Source of the DNA: Gemmatimonadota bacterium
GTDB taxonomy: Bacteria; Gemmatimonadota; Gemmatimonadetes; Palauibacterales; Palauibacteraceae
Reading direction: 5' to 3'
Length of the DNA stretch: 64,000 bases
NCBI GenBank assembly: GCA_965116475.1
Contig: OZ220691.1
Span: 1,088,001-1,152,000 of the forward strand
Position numbers and translations under genes: made by a program. The notes under the pieces are model-generated. The model saw only the letters and a program-made list of their open reading frames with translations. It was not told the DNA's origin and did not search any database. This document shows positions 37,700 to 48,370 of the stretch, in pieces; within the stretch, counting starts at the first letter, position 1, and every line of letters starts with the position of its first letter.

Positions 37700-39055
37700 T
37701 CAGGCCTTTCTGAAGCGCCAGCCGTAGAGGATGCGGCCGTAGTAGTTGAACATCTTCCTCGCCTCGGGATCCTCGAAGGGGTAGTCGGCGCCGATCTGTC
37801 TCGCGGCGGCGAGTCCGGTGACAAAGGCCGTTTCCTGGCTGTTGATCAGCGTGTGGGCGCCGCAGTGCCAACTCCCTTTCTTCCCCTGAATGAAGCGGAA
37901 GAGGGGGACGAGCCACGCGACATGGCGCACGTCGTGCACGATGTGCTGGAACCACCGCCGCTCGATCACTTTCTCGTCGTCGATCTTGCTGATCGGGTTG
38001 TAGGTCACCAGACAGGGCCTGTCCGACCGCTTCGCCCACGGCTGCTGGTTGTGCATGATGTACGTGATCTCGTAGTTGTCCGGCCGGGCCCCGTACTGCT
38101 CGATATGGTTGCTCCGCGTTTCCAGCGCCTGCACCTCGTCATCCGGCAGGACCGAGGCGTCCGAGTGCACGACCGTATGGTTGTGGAGTTCGCTCTCGTA
38201 GCGGACCGACGAGAGGATGTAGCGCTCCAGGAACGTCGGCTCGTCCAGCATCATCAGCGTCTGGTTCGCGTTGCAGGCGAAGATCACGGCGTCGAACGTC
38301 TCCTCCACGCCGTCCTCGTCCTCGACCACGACGTGCGATGGTCCTCGAACCACTCTCCGGACGGGCCGGTTGAGGTAGACCTTGTCGCGGAAACCGGCGG
38401 AGAGCTTGTCGTAGATCCGGCGCGTTCCCTGGTCCCAGGTCTGCATGGTCGTCGCGGTCTCGATGTCGAAGAATTCGAGATACCTGGAGAACAGCGAGGC
38501 GGGCATGTCGAAGACGTTCGTCGCCATCAGGAAGTTGACGAACATCGGCTTCAGCACCTTGTACCGGAAGTCGCCGGAGAAGCCGGCCACGTTCAGCACC
38601 GTGCCCATGCTGATGTAGTTGAAGGGGTTGAGGCTGTTCACGAACTTCGACCGCGAATGGGTCAGCCGCCCGAACCGGTGCAGGAGCCGCAGGATGCGCT
38701 GGAACTTCCGGATCTCGAGCTGCAGCCGTTCCCTGATGTTCGAATCGAAGTCGTGGGCGTAGGTCTCCCCGCGGTACTTCACGCTGTAGCTGAACCTCGT
38801 GTCGATCAGCTCGATGCCGAACTGCTCCAGCAACACGACGAAGTGCTGATAGACGGAGGGGATGCAGGCGGTGACGGAGATGTCGAAGGGGATCGCGCCG
38901 CCGTCCTCCTGGGGCATGTCGACGGTCACGGCGTTCCCGCCGAGCTGTTCCCGGGCCTCGAACAGGCGGAAATCGAACCGGTCCGAATCGTGATGCAGCG
39001 CCCAGGCCGCCCCGAGGCCCGAGATGCCGCCGCCGATGATGGCGATGTTCTTCAT
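37700..39055 (-). CDS. FAD-dependent oxidoreductase (amine oxidase-like)
   Basis: IAIIGGGISGLGAA...FEA...LGG Rossmann motif. Confidence 0.8.
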   Translation of the reverse strand: MKNIAIIGGGISGLGAAWALHHDSDRFDFRLFEAREQLGGNAVTVDMPQEDGGAIPFDISVTACIPSVYQHFVVLLEQFGIELIDTRFSYSVKYRGETYAHDFDSNIRERLQLEIRKFQRILRLLHRFGRLTHSRSKFVNSLNPFNYISMGTVLNVAGFSGDFRYKVLKPMFVNFLMATNVFDMPASLFSRYLEFFDIETATTMQTWDQGTRRIYDKLSAGFRDKVYLNRPVRRVVRGPSHVVVEDEDGVEETFDAVIFACNANQTLMMLDEPTFLERYILSSVRYESELHNHTVVHSDASVLPDDEVQALETRSNHIEQYGARPDNYEITYIMHNQQPWAKRSDRPCLVTYNPISKIDDEKVIERRWFQHIVHDVRHVAWLVPLFRFIQGKKGSWHCGAHTLINSQETAFVTGLAAARQIGADYPFEDPEARKMFNYYGRILYGWRFRKA

Positions 39056-39289
39056 CGGTCTCCCCTTCCTCTCCCCTTCCCGCGGGAGGTCGTGTCCTCC
39101 CGCTCCGGAAACGTCGCCGCGCCCGTGCGTGTTCTCCCATGCGGACGCCGCCGTTGCGCGAGGCAGTCGCCGCCGTTGGCGAACCTTGCTGTCGGGGGGG
39201 CACCCGCGACAGTTTTTTCAAGCTTCGCCAACCCATGTACCACGAGAAGACCCACGAGAATGAGCGACATGTTTTTCCCTGGAGACAAG

Positions 39290-40450
39290 ATGATCAAGCG
39301 GACCCCACTGGCGATTTTCGCCGCCGGGCTTTTTCTGTCGACCGCGACTCCGGCGCTGGGCCAGGAGGTGATCCAGTCGGCGTACCACGACTACAGGCTC
39401 GTTCCCGTGGTGGAGGGGCTGGTTCGCCCGTGGTCGATCGCGTTCCTGCCGGATGGCGAAATGCTGGTCACGGAGAAGGCGGGCACGCTCCGCGTCGTGC
39501 GGGACGGGCTGCTCCTTCCCGACCCCGTGAAGGGCGTGCCGGAGGTAGTCTCGGCCGGCCAGGGCGGACTCCTCGATGTCGTGCCTCACCCCGATTTCGA
39601 AGACAACCGGCTCCTCTATCTCAGCTACTCCAAGCCCGACGAGACGGAGCGCGGGACGACCGCGGTCATCCGGGGACGCTACGAGAACGGGGCTCTGACC
39701 GACATCGAGGAGATCTTCCTCGCGGTATCGGAAGGGCGCGGGCACTACGGTTCCCGCCTCGTATTCGACGGACAGGGGCACATCTTCATCAGCGTCGGGG
39801 ATCGCCAGGCCTCGACCCGCGGCGATCTCTACGCGCACCCGGCGCAGGATCCCTCGACCCATCACGGCACCGTCAGCCGCGTGTACGAGGACGGCGGGAT
39901 TCCCGAGGACAACCCGTTCGTCGACGACCCGGATATTCAGCCGGAGATCTGGAGTTTCGGGCACCGCAACCAGCAGGGCATGGTCATGAACCCGGAGACG
40001 GGCGACCTGTGGGCGACGGAGCACGGGCCGCAGGGCGGTGACGAACTCAACCTGGTGCAGCCGGGGCTCAACTACGGCTGGCCCATCGTGGGCTACGGCG
40101 TCAACTACGGCTCGGGCACCGCGATCCACGAGGGCACGCACAAGGAGGGGATGGAGCAGCCGGCCCACGTCTGGGTGCCGTCGATCGCGACCTCCGGGCT
40201 GCTCTTCTACACCGGGGACCGCTTCCCGCACTGGAAGGGGAACCTGTTCGTGGGCGGGATGGCCGGGGAGCAGTTGGCGCGCCTCACGCTGGACGGGCAG
40301 GACGTCGTGCGGGAGGAGACGCTCGTACAGGGACTGGGCCGCATCCGCGACGTTCGGCAGGGTCCGGACGGGCTCATCTACCTGGCCATCGACGGCCGGC
40401 GCGGTGAGCCGACGGCGATCGTGCGGATGGAGCCGGTCACCACGCGTTAG
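39290..40450 (+). CDS. PQQ-dependent sugar dehydrogenase (GSDH/YliI family)
   Basis: PWSIAFLPDG, GQGGLLDV, HYGSRL, GHRNQQG, EHGPQGGDELN and RIRDVRQGPDG. Confidence 0.92.
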   Translation: MIKRTPLAIFAAGLFLSTATPALGQEVIQSAYHDYRLVPVVEGLVRPWSIAFLPDGEMLVTEKAGTLRVVRDGLLLPDPVKGVPEVVSAGQGGLLDVVPHPDFEDNRLLYLSYSKPDETERGTTAVIRGRYENGALTDIEEIFLAVSEGRGHYGSRLVFDGQGHIFISVGDRQASTRGDLYAHPAQDPSTHHGTVSRVYEDGGIPEDNPFVDDPDIQPEIWSFGHRNQQGMVMNPETGDLWATEHGPQGGDELNLVQPGLNYGWPIVGYGVNYGSGTAIHEGTHKEGMEQPAHVWVPSIATSGLLFYTGDRFPHWKGNLFVGGMAGEQLARLTLDGQDVVREETLVQGLGRIRDVRQGPDGLIYLAIDGRRGEPTAIVRMEPVTTR

Positions 40451-40482
40451 CAGTCCGTGGCAAACTCTGCGTCAGCGCTCCG

Positions 40483-41352
40483 TCAGGCCCCCGCCTGTGC
40501 TTCGGGGGCCACGGCCCGGCGGTAGGCTTCCGACAGCGCCCGGGTAATCTCGCCCGGGCGTCCGCTTCCCACGGGCCGGCCGTCCAGTTCCACGGTCGGC
40601 CGCACCTCCGTCGTCGTCCCCGTGAAGAAGATCTCGTCCGCAGCCCGGAGTTCGTTCGCCGTGAAGGCGCGCTCGCGGGCGGGGATCCCCAGTCCCGCGC
40701 ACAATTCGAGCGTGAAGGCGCGGGTGACGCCGTGCAGGATGTGGTTCGTGGCGGGGGCCGTCGTCACCTCTCCGCCGAGCACCGCGAACACGTTGTTGTG
40801 CGTCCCCTCCTGCACCATCCCCTCGCGGATGAAGATCGCGTCCTCCACGTCCGCCTCCACCGCGGCCTGCTGCGCGAGGACGTTGGGCAGGAGGCCGGTC
40901 GTCTTGATGTCGGCGCGGGCCCAGCGCTGGTCCGGCAGCGTGATGGCGCCGAAACCCCGCTCCCACCGCTCCGGCGTCGTGCGCACGAGTTGCTTCGCGA
41001 AGGCGTAGACGGTCGGCGGCACCGCCTCCTGCGGGAACGCGTGCGTGCGGGGGGCGGCGCCGCGCGTCACCTGCATGTAGAAGACGGAGAACTCCGCCGC
41101 GGCGAGATCGTTCCGCGCGATGAGTTCGTCGCCCACGCCGGCGAGGGGAGCCACGTCCGCCTCGATCCGCAGCGTCCGGAGGCCCCACGCGAGCCGGGCC
41201 AGGTGGCGTTCGGGCAGGAAACAGCGGCCCGCATAGGCCGGGATCGCCTCGTAGACCGCGTCCGCGAACAGGAAGCCCCGGTCGTTCACCGAGACCCGCG
41301 CCTCGCCAACGGGCAGGTAGTCTCCGTTCAGATAGACAATGATGGTCCGCAA
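40483..41352 (-). CDS. Class IV aminotransferase, D-amino acid aminotransferase-like
   Basis: DRGFLFADAVYE, YMQVTRG, DIKTTGLLPNVL and ILHGVTR. TTG start after GGAGG. Confidence 0.9.
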   Translation of the reverse strand: MRTIIVYLNGDYLPVGEARVSVNDRGFLFADAVYEAIPAYAGRCFLPERHLARLAWGLRTLRIEADVAPLAGVGDELIARNDLAAAEFSVFYMQVTRGAAPRTHAFPQEAVPPTVYAFAKQLVRTTPERWERGFGAITLPDQRWARADIKTTGLLPNVLAQQAAVEADVEDAIFIREGMVQEGTHNNVFAVLGGEVTTAPATNHILHGVTRAFTLELCAGLGIPARERAFTANELRAADEIFFTGTTTEVRPTVELDGRPVGSGRPGEITRALSEAYRRAVAPEAQAGA

Positions 41353-41596
41353 CCCCTCCGCTTTCGGGAATCGCCCGCGGGCCCGCCGCGGACCCTCCGT
41401 GCCTCGGCACTCTCGGCAGCTCGCGGGTTTCCGGGACACGACACTAGATGCCCGCATGCAGCCCGGAGGGGCAAGTTCGGCCCCCATCTGGTTCACCCTC
41501 GTGCGCCGCGTTAGCGTTCAGCGTTCAGCGCTCGGCGTTAGCGCTCCGCGCGTCGGTTCCGCTGTCGGCCCGCTTTCTTCTGCTTCCGGAGGACCG

Positions 41597-42814
41597 ATGA
41601 AGGTTTCACGGCGAGTTCGCGGCATCCCTGCCACTCGATGGCTCTTCCTGGCGATCATCCTGCCCTCGACGATCCTCGCGGGCGCGACCCGGTTCACACC
41701 GGCGCTGTCGGCGCAGGAAGCGCGCACGCTCTCCTACGGCGAACCGGAGGAGGTCGGCATGTCCCGCGCCGTCCTCGAGGGCGCCCTCGGGCTGTACCAC
41801 GAGGCGGTCGAGCGGGGCGACATCGTGGGCGCCGTCCTGCTGGTCGCCCGCAAGGGGAAGATCGTCCTCCACGAGGCCGTCGGCATGCGCGACAAGGAGC
41901 GCGGGCTGCCCATGGAGCGGAACTCGATGTTCCGCATGGCCTCGAACACGAAGCCCGTCGTGGCCACGGCCATCGCGCAACTCGTCGAAGAGGGCAAGCT
42001 CTCCTACGACGACCTCGTGCGGGAGTACATGCCCGAGTGGGACAACTACCGCGCGGGGTTCATCACGGTCGGCCACCTGCTGTCCCACAGCAGCGGGCTC
42101 CGCATCCCCACCCTCTTCCTGCAGCCGCTGGGCGACAATCCGACCCTGCAGAGCGAGTCGGCCCGCTTCGGCGCGATCGGGGCGGAGGTGACGCCGGGCG
42201 AGACGTACTCCTACAACAATCCGGGCTACAACACGCTCGGCGCGCTGGTCGAGATCGCCTCCGGCCAGCTCCTGGAGGACCGGCTCATGGAGACCGTCTA
42301 CGGGCCGCTCGGGATGGCGGACAGCTACAACCACCACGCCGAGCACCCCGTCGGCGGCAAGGTCGACCGCATGGGCTCCGTCTACTACCAGCGTGGCCCC
42401 GACGGCGACTGGATGCCCGGCGGCACCCCGGGAGGCCCGGTGGCCTTCCCCTTCGCGCGCGCCTCGGGCGGGATGATCTCGTCGGCGTGGGACTACGCGG
42501 TCTTCGCCCAGACCTTCCTGAACGGGGGGACCTACGACGGCGCCGAAATCCTGACGCCGGAATCCGTCGAACTCATGACCTCGCCGAAGATCCACATTGC
42601 CGGCGAGGGGGACGAGGCGAGCTACTACGGATACGGCTGGCGGCTCGCCGACGGCACGTACGGCCACGGTGGGTCGGACGGCACGAACGCCTGGCTCGAC
42701 CCCGACCGCGAGATCATCGGTCTCGTGTTCACGCAGACGCCGCGCGGCGACAACCGCGGCACCCGCCTCGAGCGCTTCCGCGAACTCGTGAACCTCTCGC
42801 TCGAAGGCAACTGA
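41597..42814 (+). CDS. Serine hydrolase (class C beta-lactamase-like)
   Basis: FRMASNTK (SxxK), LLSHSSG, YSYNN and GHGG. Confidence 0.9.
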   Translation: MKVSRRVRGIPATRWLFLAIILPSTILAGATRFTPALSAQEARTLSYGEPEEVGMSRAVLEGALGLYHEAVERGDIVGAVLLVARKGKIVLHEAVGMRDKERGLPMERNSMFRMASNTKPVVATAIAQLVEEGKLSYDDLVREYMPEWDNYRAGFITVGHLLSHSSGLRIPTLFLQPLGDNPTLQSESARFGAIGAEVTPGETYSYNNPGYNTLGALVEIASGQLLEDRLMETVYGPLGMADSYNHHAEHPVGGKVDRMGSVYYQRGPDGDWMPGGTPGGPVAFPFARASGGMISSAWDYAVFAQTFLNGGTYDGAEILTPESVELMTSPKIHIAGEGDEASYYGYGWRLADGTYGHGGSDGTNAWLDPDREIIGLVFTQTPRGDNRGTRLERFRELVNLSLEGN

Positions 42815-42824
42815 CCGCGGCGAT

Positions 42825-43649
42825 TCAGGCGGACGACCGGCGGCGCAGCCATTCGACCGTCAGCAGGAGCGCGAGCGCGAACACGACGAGGAAGGTGGCT
42901 ACGGCGAGGATCGCGGGGCTGATCTGTTCCCGGATGCCGGCCCACATCTGTCGCGGGATCGTCCTCTGTTCCAGTCCGCCCATGAAGAGCACGACGACGA
43001 CCTCGTCGAACGAGGTGGCGAAGGCGAACAGGGCCCCGGAGATCACGCCGGGCGCGATGAGCGGCAATTGCACCGTCCTGAAGGTGCGCACGGGCCCGGC
43101 GCCGAGGCTGGCCGCGGCCCGCGTGAGGTTGCGGTCGAAGCCCGACAGCGTGGCGACGACCGTGATGACGACGAAGGGCATGCCGAGCGTGGCGTGGGCC
43201 AGGATGAGCCCGAGGTGCGTCTGGGCGAGGCCGACGTTGGTATAGAAGAAGAACATCCCCGCCGCGGAGATGATCACGGGCGTGACCATCGGCGAGATGA
43301 GGAGTCCGGTGATGAAACGGCGGGCCGGCATGGCGGCGCTCGAGAGCCCGAGGGCGGCGAGCGTGCCCAGGGCGGTTGCGAGCACCGTGGCGGAGATCCC
43401 GATCACGAGGCTGTTCGCGAGGCCCCGCGTCCAGGCCTCGTTCTCGAGGACCTCCCGGTACCAGCGCAGCGACCACGCCTCGGGGTCGAGCCGGAGCATC
43501 CCCTCGGTGAAGGTGAAGTAGGGCTCCGCGTTGAAGCCCAGGGGCACGATCACGATGATCGGCGCCACGAGGAAGATGAAAACGAGGACGCAGAAGGCGA
43601 GGTGGGCGAACCGGCCGATGCGGGCTCCCGTCACGATTCTCTCCGCCAC
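42825..43649 (-). CDS. Polyamine-type ABC permease (PotC-like)
   Basis: AAASLGA EAA loop and FATSFDEVVV. Start is either GTG 43649 or GTG 43634. Confidence 0.88.
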   Translation of the reverse strand: MAERIVTGARIGRFAHLAFCVLVFIFLVAPIIVIVPLGFNAEPYFTFTEGMLRLDPEAWSLRWYREVLENEAWTRGLANSLVIGISATVLATALGTLAALGLSSAAMPARRFITGLLISPMVTPVIISAAGMFFFYTNVGLAQTHLGLILAHATLGMPFVVITVVATLSGFDRNLTRAAASLGAGPVRTFRTVQLPLIAPGVISGALFAFATSFDEVVVVLFMGGLEQRTIPRQMWAGIREQISPAILAVATFLVVFALALLLTVEWLRRRSSA

Positions 43650-43651
43650 CC

Positions 43652-44863
43652 TCAGCCGAGGCTCATGCGCTCGACGCCCACGAGACGGTCGTAGAGCAGG
43701 TAGAGGACGAGCACGCCGGCGAGGAGGAGCGCGCCAAGCGCCGCCGCCAGCCCCCAGTTCAGCGACGTCTGCATGTGGTAGGCGACCATGTTCGAGATCA
43801 ACTGGCCGCTGCTCCCTCCCACCAGCGCCGGGGTGATGTAGTAGCCGATCGCGAGGATGAAGACGAGGAGCGACCCGGCTCCGACGCCGGGCAGCGTCTG
43901 CGGCCAGTAGACCCGGCGGAACGCCTGCGCGGGCGTGGCGCCCATCGAGGCGGCGGCCCGCATGTGCAGCGGCGGAATCGAACGCATCACCGAGTACAGG
44001 GGCAGGACCATGAAGGGCAGCAGGACGTGCGTCATGGCCACGAGCGTGCCGGTCATGTTGTAGACCATGGAAAGCCGGCCGTCGTCTCCGACGAGCCCGA
44101 CCGCCACCAGCAGATCGTTGATCACCCCCTGCGTCTGGAGGAGGACGATCCACGACGTGGTGCGAACGAGGAGCGACGTCCAGAAGGGCACGAGGACGAG
44201 GGCGAGCAGCAGGTTGCCCCGGCGCGGCGGCGCGTGCGCGATGAGGTGCGCGACCGGGTAGCCGAGGATGAGGCAGAACACGGTGATCGCCAGACTTACG
44301 AGCAGGGTCCGCCACAGCAGGGGCAGGTAGATGCGCCGTTCTTCCGGCTGGGGGGCGATCGAGCCGTCCGGCAGCCGCTGCATGTCGACGGCGTTGAGGT
44401 AGTGGCGAGCCGTGAAGCGCTCGCCCGCGGCGCGGATCGCATGCCAGGTGCCCGGGTCGACCCAGGCCGAGTCGATGCCCGCCATCGCCTCGCGCCAGGG
44501 CCCGCCGGCCACGTCCGCGAGGTCCCGGGCGGTGCGCGTGAACACGCTGCGCAGTCCGCTCTGCAGCCGGTTCACGCGGCCCGCGACCTGCCCCAGCGTT
44601 CTCGCCTCCCGCGCCGACCCGAGTTCCCGCGCCGCCGCCTCGTATGCCGCCTCGGGAGGCAGCCCTTCCCCCTCCCAGTCGCGCAGCTCCGCGAGGGTGG
44701 CGGGCAGCGCATCCGCGACCACCGGGTCGTGGACGCTCCGCAGCAGCATCGTCCCCAGCGGAGCCAGGAAGGTGACGCCGAGGAAGATCAGCAGCGGCAG
44801 CACGAGCCCCATGGCCCGCAGCCGCTCGCGGGGGGGCGGCCGGACTTTCAGCGTGCCAACCAC
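43652..44863 (-). CDS. Polyamine-type ABC permease (PotB-like)
   Basis: PFWTSLLVRT, LPFMVLPLY and GYYITPALVGG. Start uncertain. Confidence 0.88.
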   Translation of the reverse strand: MVGTLKVRPPPRERLRAMGLVLPLLIFLGVTFLAPLGTMLLRSVHDPVVADALPATLAELRDWEGEGLPPEAAYEAAARELGSAREARTLGQVAGRVNRLQSGLRSVFTRTARDLADVAGGPWREAMAGIDSAWVDPGTWHAIRAAGERFTARHYLNAVDMQRLPDGSIAPQPEERRIYLPLLWRTLLVSLAITVFCLILGYPVAHLIAHAPPRRGNLLLALVLVPFWTSLLVRTTSWIVLLQTQGVINDLLVAVGLVGDDGRLSMVYNMTGTLVAMTHVLLPFMVLPLYSVMRSIPPLHMRAAASMGATPAQAFRRVYWPQTLPGVGAGSLLVFILAIGYYITPALVGGSSGQLISNMVAYHMQTSLNWGLAAALGALLLAGVLVLYLLYDRLVGVERMSLG

Positions 44864-45954
44864 GCGCTGAAGCGCTCGTTCAGCACGTCCTGATGGTCCA
44901 CCCACCAGGCCCAGTCCCGCCGGAGCGCGCGCGCCAGGTTGGCGGGATGCGTGGGCAGGTGCGGCCCCATCTCCACGCCCGTCTCCAGGTGGGTGGTGAT
45001 CAGCGGCGCGGCCGAGGCCCGCGCGGGGCCGTAGGATATTCGGCGGCCGAGGGCCGCGAGCGCCTCGGTGCTACTCGCGAAGCTCGCGAGTCGCATCGCC
45101 TCCTCCACCCGCGGCGTGCCGGCCACGATGGCCAACTGGTTGATGTCCAGGAGCTGCCCGTCCCACACGATCTCGAACGGCTGGTTCTCCAGCGCCTGGG
45201 CGTTGAAGATGCGCCCGTTGTAGGCCGTGCTCATGACGACCTCGCCGTCGGCCAGCATCTGGGGCGGTTGGGCGCCCGCCTCCCACCACACGACGTGATC
45301 CTTGATCGTATCGAGCTTTCGGAACGCCCGATCCAGGCCCTCCGGCGTGTCGAGCAGGGCGTACACCTCCTCCGTCGGCACGCCGTCCGCCAGGAGGGCG
45401 ATCTCGAGGTTGAACATGGGAACGCGCCGCATGCCGCGGCGCCCGGGAAACTTCTCGAGGTCGAAGAAGTCGGCGATCGTCTCCGGCCTGGCGCCCGGGA
45501 AACGGCTCGCATCGAACGCGTAGATCGTGGACCAGACGACAACCCCGACCCCGCAGTCAGAAAGGGTCCCCGGGGCGAAGTCCTCCGCCGCCGGCGTCCC
45601 GTCCGCTCCCGGGGGCAGCAGCTCCGCATCGATGTACTCGAGCAGCCCCTCGTCACAGGCGAGCGTGACGTCCGACACGTTGAGGTCCACGACGTCCCAG
45701 TAGACGTTGCCCACTTCCACCTGGGCCCGGATCTGAGCCAGACCGCCGGTGAAGTCCTCGACGTCCACCCGGATCCCGGTGGCGGCGGCGAACGGTTCGA
45801 ACCACGCCTCCGTGCTCGCCTTCTGATACGAGCCGCCGTAGGAGACGGCGGTAATCGACTGGGCCGCGGCGTGCCCGGCGAGACACGCGGCGAACAGGGC
45901 CGTGCATGCCGGCGCCCGCGCCAGAGCCGCCATCGCGCCCCCGTCAGTTCGCAC
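44848..45954 (-). CDS. Polyamine-type ABC substrate-binding protein, paralog 2
   Basis: SYGGSY, WDVVD, FFDLEKFPGRRG and LADGEVVMSTAYNGR. Confidence 0.88.
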   Translation of the reverse strand: MRTDGGAMAALARAPACTALFAACLAGHAAAQSITAVSYGGSYQKASTEAWFEPFAAATGIRVDVEDFTGGLAQIRAQVEVGNVYWDVVDLNVSDVTLACDEGLLEYIDAELLPPGADGTPAAEDFAPGTLSDCGVGVVVWSTIYAFDASRFPGARPETIADFFDLEKFPGRRGMRRVPMFNLEIALLADGVPTEEVYALLDTPEGLDRAFRKLDTIKDHVVWWEAGAQPPQMLADGEVVMSTAYNGRIFNAQALENQPFEIVWDGQLLDINQLAIVAGTPRVEEAMRLASFASSTEALAALGRRISYGPARASAAPLITTHLETGVEMGPHLPTHPANLARALRRDWAWWVDHQDVLNERFSAWLAR

Positions 45955-47101
45955 GGGTCAGCCAGGCGCTGAAGCGCTCGTTCAGCGCGTCCTGGTTGTC
46001 CACCCAGAACTCCCAGTCGTTGCGCAGGGCGCGTGCGACGTTCTCGGGGCTCGTGGGCAGGTGGGGCGCCATCTCGACGCCGGTCGCGAGATGGGTCGTG
46101 ACGAGCGGCTCCCCGGATCGGCGGGCCGGACCGTAGGAGATCCGGCGTGAGACCGCCGCCAGCGATTCCCCCGTCGTCGCGAAGGCGACGAAGCGAAGCG
46201 CGTGCTCCAGTCGCGGCGTCCCCGCCACGATGCTCAACTGGCCGTAATCGAGCACCTGGCCGTCCCACACGATGACGAACGGCTGCTCCTCCAGGATCTG
46301 GGCGTTGAAGATGCGGCCGTTGTAGGCCGTGCTCATCACGACTTCGCCGTCCGCCAGCATCTGCGGCGGCTGGGCGCCCGCCTCCCACCACACGACCTGG
46401 TCCTTGATCGTATCGAGCTTGTCGAAGGCGCGGTCGAGCCCTTCCGGCGTGGCGAGCGTGGCGTACACGTCGTCGAGCGGGACTCCGTCCGCGATGAGGG
46501 CAAATTCCAGGTTGACCTGCGGGACGCGGCGCATTCCGCGGCGCCCCGGGAACTTCTCGAGGTCGAAGAAGTCCGCCATCGTCGCGGGCTGCTCGTCCGG
46601 GAAGAGGTCGGCGTTGTACGCGTACACCGTGGAGTAGAAGAGCATCCCGGCCCCGCACTCCCCCTGCATCTCCGGATAGAAGTCCTCCCGCGCGGGCGTC
46701 CCGTCGGGCGCCGGCGGCAGCATGTCGATGTCGATCGGCTCCAGCAGGCCCTCGTCGCAGCCGCGCATCGCGTCCGCCATCTCCAGGTCCACGACATCCC
46801 AGTACACCGCGTCGACGTCGACCTGCGCGCGTATCTGGGCGAGGCCGCCGTTGTAGTCTTCCATGTCGACCCGAATCCCGGTCTCGTCCATGAACGGGAC
46901 CTGGATGGCTCCGCGATACGCCCGGCCGTAGGAGCCTCCCCAGGAAACGGCCGTGATCGCCGGATCTTCCGGCGCCTGGGGCCCGCAGCCGAGCGTGAAC
47001 GCGGCCGCGGCGGCGAGGACGACGAGCGTCGCGTCCCGTGATCCGCGGAGCGCCGATCTCTGCTTGGAATTCATGCGTTTCTCCAAATCTGTCCGCGTCA
47101 T
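45944..47101 (-). CDS. Polyamine-type ABC substrate-binding lipoprotein, paralog 1
   Basis: FTLGC lipobox, SWGGSY, and the same motifs as paralog 2. Confidence 0.88.
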   Translation of the reverse strand: MTRTDLEKRMNSKQRSALRGSRDATLVVLAAAAAFTLGCGPQAPEDPAITAVSWGGSYGRAYRGAIQVPFMDETGIRVDMEDYNGGLAQIRAQVDVDAVYWDVVDLEMADAMRGCDEGLLEPIDIDMLPPAPDGTPAREDFYPEMQGECGAGMLFYSTVYAYNADLFPDEQPATMADFFDLEKFPGRRGMRRVPQVNLEFALIADGVPLDDVYATLATPEGLDRAFDKLDTIKDQVVWWEAGAQPPQMLADGEVVMSTAYNGRIFNAQILEEQPFVIVWDGQVLDYGQLSIVAGTPRLEHALRFVAFATTGESLAAVSRRISYGPARRSGEPLVTTHLATGVEMAPHLPTSPENVARALRNDWEFWVDNQDALNERFSAWLTRAN

Positions 47102-48240
47102 GCGCGGCTCCCCTCGTCCCCTTCGAAGTCCAGCGCGCGGCAGTCGTTGACGGTCCATCCGATGCGGACGGTGTCGCCCACCATCATGGCGCCGTGCCCC
47201 ACGATGTTCGGGATCTTGGCCACGACATCCCGGCCCCCGCAGGCGGCCAGCCGGACGCGCAGGTGGTCGCCGAGAAAGGTCATGTCCTCGATGGCGGCCT
47301 CGACGACGTTGTGATAGAGACCCTCCTCGGGCTTGATCGCGATCCGCTCGGGGCGGATAGAGAGCGTGACCGTTTCGCCGACCCCGCACGGGGCGATCCG
47401 GAAGGCCCGGATCCGCTCGCCCCCCACGTCCACTTCGCACAGGTCCCCCTCCACGAGCGTCACCCGGCCGTGGAGCCGGTTGTTCTCGCCGATGAAGCGG
47501 GCCACGAACGCGCGTTCGGGCTCCTCGTAGAGCCCCTCCGCTCCGGCAATCTGCTCGATCCGGCCGCCGTTGAGGACGGCGATCCGATCCGACATCACCA
47601 TCGCCTCCTGCTGGTCGTGGGTGACGTAGACGACGGTCACGCCCAGCCGCTGATGGATGGAGCGGATCTCGTACTGCATCTCCTCGCGCAGGCTGCGGTC
47701 CAGGGCGCCGAGCGGCTCGTCCATCAGCACGAGTTCGGGTTCGAACACGAGGGCCCGCGCGATGGCCACGCGCTGCTGCTGACCGCCGGAAAGCTGGCCC
47801 GGCCGCCGATCCTCGAGGCCGCCGAGGCGGACGAGGTCGAGCGCACGTTCGACGCGCTCGCGGCGCCGATCCTCCGCGATGCCGCGCACTTCCAGCGGAA
47901 ACGCGAGGTTCGCGCCCACCGTCATGTGCGGAAAGAGCGCGTAGTTCTGGAACACCATCCCGATCCCGCGCTTGCGGGGCGGAAGATCCTGGACGGAGCG
48001 CCCGCCGATGCGGATCGTGCCCGACGTTGCGGTCTGAAAGCCCGCGAGCATCATCAGGATGGTCGTTTTCCCCGAACCGGAAGGACCGAGCAGGGTCACG
48101 AATTCGCCCCTGCCGATGCCGAGGTTCAGGTCGTCCACCACCAGCGTGCGGCCGTCGTAACTCTTGCTCACGCCCTCGAACTCCACGTGCGCGGTCGGGC
48201 TGTGACGGCCACTCTCCGCGCCGTTGCGACCCGCGATCAT
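47098..48240 (-). CDS. Polyamine-type ABC ATP-binding protein (PotA-like)
   Basis: GPSGSGKT, VFQNYALFPHM, LSGGQQQR, LMDEP and a TOBE-like C-terminus. Confidence 0.93.
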   Translation of the reverse strand: MIAGRNGAESGRHSPTAHVEFEGVSKSYDGRTLVVDDLNLGIGRGEFVTLLGPSGSGKTTILMMLAGFQTATSGTIRIGGRSVQDLPPRKRGIGMVFQNYALFPHMTVGANLAFPLEVRGIAEDRRRERVERALDLVRLGGLEDRRPGQLSGGQQQRVAIARALVFEPELVLMDEPLGALDRSLREEMQYEIRSIHQRLGVTVVYVTHDQQEAMVMSDRIAVLNGGRIEQIAGAEGLYEEPERAFVARFIGENNRLHGRVTLVEGDLCEVDVGGERIRAFRIAPCGVGETVTLSIRPERIAIKPEEGLYHNVVEAAIEDMTFLGDHLRVRLAACGGRDVVAKIPNIVGHGAMMVGDTVRIGWTVNDCRALDFEGDEGSRA

Positions 48241-48370
48241 CTGGCGATCCTGCCTTGTTTTTCGGAATATGGGATGGTGGTCAGCCCCGATCGGGACCGA
48301 CCAACTTGAAGCCGGCGGCGCCAATCCGCGAGTGCGCGTCGCCCTGGCCGTTTGGAGTGGAGGAGGAACG

